In this document: positions 38,301 to 44,777 of the stretch, one piece after another
Position numbering within the stretch: position 1 is the stretch's first letter
Layout of the letters: every line of letters begins with the position of its first letter
Virus record (IMG/VR): IMGVR_UViG_3300021185_002469
Coordinates: 1 to 44,777 of that record
Source of the DNA: a virus
Lineage: Duplodnaviria; Caudoviricetes
Reading direction: 5' to 3' (one strand)
Length of the DNA: 44,777 nt
Notes under the pieces: model-generated
What the model saw: the letters and a program-made list of their open reading frames with translations, nothing else
Database searches by the model: none
Told to the model about the DNA's origin: nothing
Translations under genes and position numbers: made by a program

Positions 38301-38920
38301 TTTCAGGATACCTAAACGATTTATCTGATAATATTATTCCTTTTATTAAAGGTAACGATCTGTACGTTCACACTTGGGATAATAATGACAATAGTAGGTG
38401 GATAAAGAAACTACAGAGATATAAAAAATATACTAACAACTTTAGTATCACAACTGAAAGTCCTAAATATGATAAAAAACTATATTCATATTTCTACTCT
38501 ACATATAAAGCTTTGAGCACCATACCTAATATTAGTATGTATAGTAAGATAGTAAAGTTTAAACCTAACTTTATAGGAGATAGCATTCAGTATAAAGGGG
38601 ACTTAAAAAGCTATTTTGAAAAAGCTAAATTAGCAACACGACCGTTATTAAAAGAGTATAATAAAGAAGATTGCTTTTACGGTACAGTATATTATAAGAA
38701 TATAGACGAACGACTATTTTCCGGATATCCGTTGGCTTTTAAAAAAAACTTTCTTATATTAAATGATATAGAGTCGGCTATTTATAAATTAGACCAGACA
38801 TTAGTTGATAAATACGGAGAAAACTATGAAGGAAGTATTTTTTGGACTGAATGGTTTAAACAAAATAATACGCCGGTAATATTAGATACAGATTTAAATT
38901 TACCAAATAATAAAATGTAA
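38285..38920 (+). CDS. Hypothetical protein, possibly glycosyltransferase-related
   Basis: AIIISG and DLYVHTWD resemble uncharacterised proteins of glycan clusters; weak evidence. Confidence 0.45.
   Translation: MDAIIISGYLNDLSDNIIPFIKGNDLYVHTWDNNDNSRWIKKLQRYKKYTNNFSITTESPKYDKKLYSYFYSTYKALSTIPNISMYSKIVKFKPNFIGDSIQYKGDLKSYFEKAKLATRPLLKEYNKEDCFYGTVYYKNIDERLFSGYPLAFKKNFLILNDIESAIYKLDQTLVDKYGENYEGSIFWTEWFKQNNTPVILDTDLNLPNNKM
38731..38786 (+). promoter_or_regulatory. Intragenic tandem promoter: GTTGG-N15-TTCTTATATT plus TATTTATA (38779)
   Basis: Exact match in both blocks and in spacer length to 41648-41677. Confidence 0.5.
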
Positions 38921-39174
38921 TGGCAAAAAAAATTAAATTAGCAGAAGAAGAAATCAAAGCACTTGAAGACATTAAACTAAAAAACTCAGCAATCATTGAA
39001 GAGTTTGGTAGAATAGGCATCAGTACTTTAGATTTAGAAGCTAGACAAGAAAGAGCAGAGGATTTCCTATCTAAACTAAGAAATGCTGAAATTAACTTAT
39101 CAAAAGCTCTAGAAGAAAAGTACGGAAAAGGTACTGTAAATCTTGAAACTGGAGAGTTTAACTCACTTAAGTAG
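38920..39174 (+). CDS. Small coiled-coil hypothetical protein (84 aa)
   Basis: Heptad-like helix ending in LEEKYGKGTVNLETGEF. Confidence 0.7.
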   Translation: MAKKIKLAEEEIKALEDIKLKNSAIIEEFGRIGISTLDLEARQERAEDFLSKLRNAEINLSKALEEKYGKGTVNLETGEFNSLK

Positions 39175-39202
39175 AAACTTTTTTCACTTACATTTTTTTC
39201 TT

Positions 39203-39224
39203 AGGAGGTTTTCGGTCCTCTTTT
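39203..39224 (+). terminator. Putative intrinsic terminator
   Basis: AGGAGG-TTTTCGGT-CCTCTT followed by T residues. Confidence 0.45.
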
Positions 39225-39226
39225 CC

Positions 39227-39291
39227 TATTTATAAATGTTAATAACACACGGATAGGCAAATCTGTTTTCGATTTACTAACGATATTTATA
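39227..39291 (+). promoter_or_regulatory. Two TATTTATA motifs (39227 and 39284) upstream of the tail sheath
   Basis: Both are exact copies and flank a short CGGAT-AGGCAA-ATCTG hairpin. Confidence 0.55.
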
Positions 39292-39320
39292 AGAGAACGA
39301 ATAATCTAATTTAAGATAAA

Positions 39321-41063
39321 ATGGCAGAATCATTAATCTCCCCAGGGGTACTATCAAGAGAGCAAGATAGATCTTTTATTGCTCCTGCTCCATTAGAAGC
39401 TGGTGCAGCTTTTATAGGACCAACAGTAATCGGACCAGTTGAAGAACCTACAGTGGTTACTTCTTACGGTGACTACCAAAGTAAATTTGGTGTTGCTTTC
39501 GAATCAGGTTCAAACAAATACGAATTTCTAACATCACTAGCAGTTAAATCCTACTTTGAGCAAGGAGGTAACTCGGCACTTATTACTAGAGTAGTAAACG
39601 GTTCCTTTACTGGAGCTTCTAACTCTACTGTAGCAGCAGCCGATGCCGGCGCAGCGCCGTTCTCTATCCAAACATTAGGTAAGGGAGCTATCCTTAATAA
39701 CTCAACAGGAGCAGGTGATGCTGGATCACAAAATAGCGACGGGTCACTAGTTGACGGTAGCGCAGAAAATATTAGATGGGAAATCGGTAACGTTGACGAA
39801 AAGAACGGTACATTCTCATTATTGATCAGAAGAGGTGACGATAATTTAAGTCAAAAGACAGTACTTGAATCATTCAACGACCTTAGCTTAGATCCTAACT
39901 CGGAAGGATACATTGCTAAGATTATTGGAGACCAGTACAAGTCTAAATCTACAGATGGTGGACAGACTTACATCTCTACAGTAGGATCATACGTTAACAG
40001 ATCTAACTACATTAGAGTAGCTTCTGTTGACAGACAAACACTTAATTACTTAGCAAACGATGGAGTTTCAGTAAGAACAGCAGCTTATACAGGTTCTTTA
40101 CCAGTTGCGTCTTCTGGATCGTTCCACGGTGCGACAGGAAACTTGTATCAATCAACTGAACCTAACAAACATTTCTCTGAAATCTCAGCTGGAAATACTC
40201 AAGGTTTAGAGGCAAGTGACTATGCAGATGCTATTTCAATTTTAACTAACCAAGACGAATACGTTTTCAATATCGTTTCTGCTCCAGGATTAATTTATTC
40301 TTACGGAGATCACAAGACACAATTAGATGCAGTTATTTCTTTAGCATCTAGTAGAGGAGACAATATTGCAGTAGTAGATTTATCTGCTTATGGAACTTCA
40401 GTATCTAATGCAGCAGGAAATGCAGCATCAGTTAATAGTTCTTATGCAGCTACTTACTGGCCTTGGCTACAGATGCAATCATCTACAGGTAAATTAGAGT
40501 TCGTTCCTGCATCAGTTGTAATCCCAGGTGTATATACATTCACTGACGGAGCTGCAGCACCATGGTTTGCACCAGCTGGTTTAACTAGAGGTGGAATATC
40601 AGATGTAATTCAAGCAGAAAGAAAATTAACTAGAGGTCAAAGAGACACTCTATATAGTGCCAATGTAAATCCAATTGCTACATTCCCAGGAAGTGGAATT
40701 TCAGTATTCGGTCAAAAGACACTACAGAAGAAGAAATCAGCATTGGATAGAGTAAATGTAAGAAGACTATTGATTGATCTTAAGAAATTCTTAGGAGACC
40801 AAGCTAAATCATTAGTATTTGAGCAGAATACTATTGCTACAAGAAACAGTTTCTTAGCAAATGTTAATCCTTACTTAGAATCAGTAGTACAAAGACAAGG
40901 TCTTTACGCTTACAGAGTAGTAATGGATGACACAAATAACACCGCAGATGTAATTGACAGAAACCAATTGGTAGGGCAGATATTTATTCAGCCTGCAAAA
41001 ACAGCCGAATTCATTACACTTGACTTCGTAATCTTACCAACAGGTGCAACATTAGGTGAATAA
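39321..41063 (+). CDS. Contractile tail sheath protein
   Basis: SPGVLSREQD, AFIGPTVIGP, YAATYWPW, PWFAPAGLTRG, NPIATFPG...FGQKTL...RVNVRRLL, VFEQN and IQPAKTAEFI. Confidence 0.95.
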   Translation: MAESLISPGVLSREQDRSFIAPAPLEAGAAFIGPTVIGPVEEPTVVTSYGDYQSKFGVAFESGSNKYEFLTSLAVKSYFEQGGNSALITRVVNGSFTGASNSTVAAADAGAAPFSIQTLGKGAILNNSTGAGDAGSQNSDGSLVDGSAENIRWEIGNVDEKNGTFSLLIRRGDDNLSQKTVLESFNDLSLDPNSEGYIAKIIGDQYKSKSTDGGQTYISTVGSYVNRSNYIRVASVDRQTLNYLANDGVSVRTAAYTGSLPVASSGSFHGATGNLYQSTEPNKHFSEISAGNTQGLEASDYADAISILTNQDEYVFNIVSAPGLIYSYGDHKTQLDAVISLASSRGDNIAVVDLSAYGTSVSNAAGNAASVNSSYAATYWPWLQMQSSTGKLEFVPASVVIPGVYTFTDGAAAPWFAPAGLTRGGISDVIQAERKLTRGQRDTLYSANVNPIATFPGSGISVFGQKTLQKKKSALDRVNVRRLLIDLKKFLGDQAKSLVFEQNTIATRNSFLANVNPYLESVVQRQGLYAYRVVMDDTNNTADVIDRNQLVGQIFIQPAKTAEFITLDFVILPTGATLGE

Positions 41064-41077
41064 TTTTAAAAGTTGAA

Positions 41078-41085
41078 TATTTATA
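41078..41085 (+). promoter_or_regulatory. Putative late promoter TATTTATA
   Basis: 24 nt before the tail tube ATG. Confidence 0.55.
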
Positions 41086-41101
41086 ATAAAGATAACACAA
41101 A

Positions 41102-41587
41102 ATGGCAGTATTAGATCCTAACGAAATAATGTTCAGAGCTTTCGAACCGAAAGTGCAAAACAGATTTATCATGTATATTGATGCAATTCCATCTTTCATG
41201 ATAAAAAATGTCAAAGCTCCTACGTTTACAGATAACGTAGTAAAGCTAGACCATATTAACTCATATAGAAAAATCCGTGGAAAGAGAGAATGGGCAGAAA
41301 TGACTATGACTCTATACGATCCGATTACTCCAAGTGGAGCACAAGCCGTAATGGAATGGGCAAGACTAGGATACGAATCAGTAACTGGTAGAGCTGGATA
41401 CTCAGATTTCTACAAAAAAGATTTAACTCTTAACGTATTAGGTCCTGTAGGGGACGTAATTGGAGAGTGGATCATTAAAGGTGCATTCGTTACAAATGGA
41501 GACTTTGGTCAGTTTGACTGGTCTTCTGATGCAGTAGTTGATTTAGGAATTACAATCAACATGGATTACTGTATATTGAATTACTAG
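41102..41587 (+). CDS. Tail tube protein (T4 gp19-like)
   Basis: FEPKVQNRF, GKREW..MTMTLYD, YKKDLTL..LGPVG...W.IKGAF and FDWSS; follows the sheath gene. Confidence 0.9.
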   Translation: MAVLDPNEIMFRAFEPKVQNRFIMYIDAIPSFMIKNVKAPTFTDNVVKLDHINSYRKIRGKREWAEMTMTLYDPITPSGAQAVMEWARLGYESVTGRAGYSDFYKKDLTLNVLGPVGDVIGEWIIKGAFVTNGDFGQFDWSSDAVVDLGITINMDYCILNY

Positions 41588-41613
41588 GATTAAGATACTT
41601 TATTATATATTAA

Positions 41614-41640
41614 GAAGCCCCCTTGTGGGGCTTTTTTTTT
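41614..41640 (+). terminator. Intrinsic terminator
   Basis: AAGCCCC-CTTGT-GGGGCTT followed by a long T-run. Confidence 0.85.
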
Positions 41641-41647
41641 ATATTTA

Positions 41648-41681
41648 GTTGGTTCTAAAATATAAAGTTCTTATATTTATA
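41648..41681 (+). promoter_or_regulatory. Composite promoter GTTGG-N15-TTCTTATATT overlapping TATTTATA (41674)
   Basis: TTG-N20-TATATTTA resembles the Bacteroidota -33 TTG / -7 TAnnTTTG consensus; it directly follows the terminator. Confidence 0.55.
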
Positions 41682-41710
41682 TATAAACTAGTTTTAATTA
41701 TTAATAATTT

Positions 41711-42475
41711 ATGGAAAATAAAGTAAATAAGGCAGAAAAGCCTAAGTTTCAAATCCCTACCGAACAGGTAGACATTCCATCTAAAGGTAAATTATACCCA
41801 TCCGATCATCCTCTGGCCAGTGGTAAAGTCGAAATGAAGTATATGACAGCTAAAGAGGAAGACATTTTAACGAATCAAAATTATATCGAAAAAGGTGTAG
41901 TTATTGATAAGTTATTACAATCACTAATCGTATCAGATTTTAACTACAACGATCTACTTATTGGAGACAAAAATGCAATTATGGTTGCAGCACGTATCTT
42001 ATCATACGGTAAAGACTACGATATCCAATATAACGGTAAAGATATTACTGTAGATTTAACTGAAATCAAAGATAAAGAGTTAGATTTCGATAGTCTTGAA
42101 CAAGGACAAAGAGAGTTTACTTTTGCTCTACCGAAAAGTGGTAATGAAGTAACTTTTAAATTACTTACTCATGGAGATGATAAAAACATTGACAGAGAAG
42201 TACAAGGACTAAAGAAAATCAATAGAGAGAGTAGCGCTTCCCTATCAACTAGGATGAAATATATAATTACATCAGTAAATGGAGATAGAGAGACAGCCAC
42301 TATTAGACAGTTTGTAGATCAAGGTCTTCTAGCTCAAGATGCAAGAGCATTGAGAGAAGAATACGCTAGAGTACAACCAGATGTTGAATTTAAAGTCTAT
42401 CATGTGGACGAAGACGGTGTTGGGGAGGACATCGACGTCCCGGTGACGATCAACTTTTTTTGGCCTGACGCCTAA
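41711..42475 (+). CDS. Baseplate hub subunit / tail assembly chaperone (T4 gp26-like)
   Basis: IPSKGKLY, MKYMTAKEEDIL, LLIGDKNAIMVAARILSYG, F.LPKSG..VTFKLLT and terminal NFFWPDA. Confidence 0.75.
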   Translation: MENKVNKAEKPKFQIPTEQVDIPSKGKLYPSDHPLASGKVEMKYMTAKEEDILTNQNYIEKGVVIDKLLQSLIVSDFNYNDLLIGDKNAIMVAARILSYGKDYDIQYNGKDITVDLTEIKDKELDFDSLEQGQREFTFALPKSGNEVTFKLLTHGDDKNIDREVQGLKKINRESSASLSTRMKYIITSVNGDRETATIRQFVDQGLLAQDARALREEYARVQPDVEFKVYHVDEDGVGEDIDVPVTINFFWPDA

Positions 42476-42725
42476 GGCAGCAGCTCAAACAAGAGCTAGC
42501 TTATTTCGGCAAATACACGAGATAGTATTTCATGGTAAAGGTGGCTATGACTGGCATACTGTGTATAACATGCCGATATGGTTAAGAAGATTAACTTTTA
42601 ATTATATAAACGAATGGTATAAAGAGCAAAATGAACAAAGTGAAGATGCTCAACCATCATCGAAAGACAATAGACCAAAAGGACCGGATATTTCTCCGTC
42701 CTATAGTACAAAGGCTTCTAAATAA
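42447..42725 (+). CDS. Start-less ORF (T4 gp51-like hub assembly/chaperone extension), probably expressed by a +1/-2 frameshift from the upstream gene
   Basis: Absent from the ORF track. My translation is FFGLTPKAAAQTRASLFRQIHEIVFHGKGGYDWHTVYNMPIWLRRLTFNYINEWYKEQNEQ...TKASK*. The frame opens after TGA 42444-42446 and overlaps the T7 run 42455-42461. Confidence 0.65.
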   Translation, partial: RSTFFGLTPKAAAQTRASLFRQIHEIVFHGKGGYDWHTVYNMPIWLRRLTFNYINEWYKEQNEQSEDAQPSSKDNRPKGPDISPSYSTKASK

Positions 42726-42746
42726 TAGAGGCCTTTGCTATTTATA
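42709..42746 (+). promoter_or_regulatory. 12-bp hairpin containing the stop codon, followed by TATTTATA (42739)
   Basis: CAAAGGCTTCTA-AATAA-TAGAGGCCTTTG; the motif starts 24 nt before the tape measure ATG. Confidence 0.5.
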
Positions 42747-42762
42747 AGAAACTCATAAGTAA

Positions 42763-44777
42763 ATGGCGGAAGAAAAAGATCCCCTAAAAGGTAACGAAGG
42801 AGCTACACAAGCACGTATAGATCAATTAAAAATGATCAATAGAGAAGGAGCCCAAGCTAAAGCAGCTCTTGAAGGGTTAGCTGGTGCCTTTAAGAATCTA
42901 GGAGCCGCCGATGCCGCCTTTGCCGAACGCGCAGTTAAGTCTAGTAATGAGATAGCAGGACAAGTAAAAAACTTTAGTAGATCATATAAAGATAATATTG
43001 ATCTTGCTAAAAAACTTTCTGGTTTTACTACGAACCAGCTAAAAGATACAAAAACACGTAATGCTTTTGAAAAACAGGTACTCAAAGCTGAAGCAGAACA
43101 AGCATCAGTACAGGCACAAAAAGCCGAGCTAGCAGAAAGAGCAGAGGAACTCGCTCGAGAATTATTCGCGAATGAGGTATCTCTTTTAGAACAGGTTAAA
43201 CAAGTTGTTTTAGCTGAAGAACAAGTTGCAGCTGCTAAACAACAACAAAAAGACATATCTAAAGAAGCGGAGGCTCAACGAAAAACAGCTTCTGATGCAG
43301 CATTTGAATCTCAAAAGAAGAGTGAAGACTTAGCAAAGCAAATAGCTTTACTATCCAGCAAAGAAGGATTAAAAGCTTTTGAACAATCAAAAGGCGCAAA
43401 AGCAACACAAGGTGAGTTAGTTAAAATAATAAATCAGAAAAAGGCACAGCTAGCTGCTGAACAAGATAATATAAAAGCTCAAAAGGAGCAAATGGAAGCT
43501 GCTGAAAAATTGAAAACTGACGCAACCGACGCAGTAAAATCAGCAGAAGATAAGGTAAAGGAAGAACAAGCAGTAGCAGCAGCATTAAAAGAACAGCAAG
43601 AAGACTTATCAGCTCAGGTAATTACCACTGATATGATGGTTGAAAACCTTAGCAAAGCAGCTAAAGAGATAGAAAATGGTTTAAACTATGCTCAAGGATT
43701 ATCTGATGAAATAGAAAAAGTAAATAATGCCACTCCAAAATTTATAGAAGCATTTGAGAAATTTGGAGCTGCTGCATCTGGTATACCTATTATAGGAAGC
43801 GCAATTAGCTTCATGACTGGTGGAATAGCGGACGCTTCTAAGAAGTTTAAAACACTAAAAGCAGAAGGAAAAGGAGCAGGAGAAGCAATTAAACAAGCTT
43901 TTGGAGGATTTGTATTTGCTGGACTTACAGCTGCATTAACGGCATTCATTTCTTTAGCAGTTGAAGGAGCCAAAAAGTCTTCTGAAGCTGTAGTAACATT
44001 AAATAAGAGCGTTGCTGGATCGATGGTAAATATGCAAGCTCAGATGAGTCGAGTTTCTGCAGCTGCCGGAAAATTTAGTGTACCTTTAAATGAAGCAGCC
44101 GCTACTATAGCAGGAATAAATGATTCTCTTGGTATGTCTTTAGACTTTACCAAAGAAACTACAGAACAAGCTGTTAAATTAGCTAATAAATACGGAGTAT
44201 CTGTTGATGCCGTAGCACATATAGTTAAAAATTCAGCAGCAAATAAAAAGACAATGACTGAGACTGTTGATGCAGTCACAGCAGGAGTAGCTAGGTTTAA
44301 TGAGATGAATAACGTCTCTATTAGTACTAAAGCTATTTTCGAAGATATAGGTAAAGCCTCTGCCACAACTTTAAGAGGTATAGGGAAACAACCTGGAGCA
44401 TTAGCAGCCGCCGCTGCAGCAGCAAGATCGTTAGGTATGTCAATGGAGGACATAAGAGCTGCATCTGAATCAACAACAGACTTCCAGAAAAGTTTAACTG
44501 ATGAAATGACTACTGAGATGATGCTTGGTAAACAGTTAAACTTAAATAAATTAAGAGAAGCAGCTTTAACAGGAGACGTTAAGACACAAGCCGAAGAAAT
44601 GAAAAGGCTTGTTATGGAAAACCAAGGAAGAATTGGTAATAACGTTAAACTTCAAGAACAGTTTGCTGCTACATTAGGTATCTCAAGAGATCAATATAAC
44701 GATATGTTGAAAACTCAAGATGCTATGTCTGTACTTACAGGCAAATCAGGAGCTGCTCAAGCAGAAAACGATAAGAA
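42763..44777 (+). CDS. Tape measure protein (N-terminal part, runs off the window)
   Basis: Absent from the ORF track because there is no stop in the window. MAEEKDPLKGNEG... is an Ala/Glu/Lys/Gln-rich coiled coil with hydrophobic patches (GIPIIGSAISF, FVFAGLTAALTAFISLAV) and GKQLNLNKLREAALTGD. It lies in the classic position after tube and chaperone. Confidence 0.85.
   Translation, partial: MAEEKDPLKGNEGATQARIDQLKMINREGAQAKAALEGLAGAFKNLGAADAAFAERAVKSSNEIAGQVKNFSRSYKDNIDLAKKLSGFTTNQLKDTKTRNAFEKQVLKAEAEQASVQAQKAELAERAEELARELFANEVSLLEQVKQVVLAEEQVAAAKQQQKDISKEAEAQRKTASDAAFESQKKSEDLAKQIALLSSKEGLKAFEQSKGAKATQGELVKIINQKKAQLAAEQDNIKAQKEQMEAAEKLKTDATDAVKSAEDKVKEEQAVAAALKEQQEDLSAQVITTDMMVENLSKAAKEIENGLNYAQGLSDEIEKVNNATPKFIEAFEKFGAAASGIPIIGSAISFMTGGIADASKKFKTLKAEGKGAGEAIKQAFGGFVFAGLTAALTAFISLAVEGAKKSSEAVVTLNKSVAGSMVNMQAQMSRVSAAAGKFSVPLNEAAATIAGINDSLGMSLDFTKETTEQAVKLANKYGVSVDAVAHIVKNSAANKKTMTETVDAVTAGVARFNEMNNVSISTKAIFEDIGKASATTLRGIGKQPGALAAAAAAARSLGMSMEDIRAASESTTDFQKSLTDEMTTEMMLGKQLNLNKLREAALTGDVKTQAEEMKRLVMENQGRIGNNVKLQEQFAATLGISRDQYNDMLKTQDAMSVLTGKSGAAQAENDK

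Noticed and set aside
15853-38920. Bacterial O-antigen/capsule locus or chimeric assembly
   Set aside because: No wzx/wzy/ABC exporter or membrane priming transferase is present. The genes are co-oriented, tightly packed against the phage structural genes and share the TATTTATA motif. Read mapping would still be needed to exclude a chimera fully.
39247-39265. GGCAAA-containing hairpin as a c-di-GMP-I (GEMM) riboswitch
   Set aside because: It has only a 5-bp stem; the second hairpin and tetraloop/receptor are missing.
2973-44453. All minus-strand ORFs in the track
   Set aside because: They are short, lie antisense to long motif-bearing + strand genes or regulatory gaps, and show no recognisable motifs. 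They are shadow ORFs caused by codon bias.
1-44777. Stop-codon reassignment (alternative genetic code)
   Set aside because: Standard-code ORFs tile the window densely, and TAA, TAG and TGA all terminate genes at sensible boundaries.
1-44777. tRNA/rRNA genes, integrase, transposase, introns or inteins
   Set aside because: Intergenic gaps are short with no cloverleaf seen, and no such protein motifs were recognised.

Overview
This window is an AT-rich segment of a large T4-like (myovirus, contractile-tail) phage genome, with all credible genes on the + strand. The host is probably in Bacteroidota, inferred from SD-less starts and TTG-N20-TATATT(T/A)A promoters. Gene order: neck, head-completion and tail-terminator genes (1-2538); a Ser/Thr/Gly-rich, modular tail-fibre/appendage cluster including a 1640-aa cadherin-like protein and an S74-chaperone fibre (2611-15830); a ~23-kb, 20-gene sugar-biosynthesis/modification island (15853-38920); then tail sheath, tail tube, a gp26-like hub/chaperone with a start-less second ORF probably reached by frameshifting, and the start of the tape measure (39321-44777). 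The most interesting feature is the island. It combines glycosyltransferases (two GT7 enzymes with a LamG domain inserted inside the catalytic fold, plus GT2-like, GT11-like and three GT10-like proteins) with enzyme classes known from aminoglycoside tailoring: two twitch radical SAM proteins, a miniature DegT aminotransferase coupled to an StrB1/AGAT-type amidinotransferase, a B12 radical SAM, a methyltransferase, SDRs, a nucleotide-sugar dehydrogenase and SGNH proteins. This suggests a phage-built guanidino/methylated glycan, possibly for the virion. Other candidates are a structured RNA leader at 11217-11267 and a TATTTAT(A/T) late-promoter motif. All calls come from reading motifs by eye; no database search was run.
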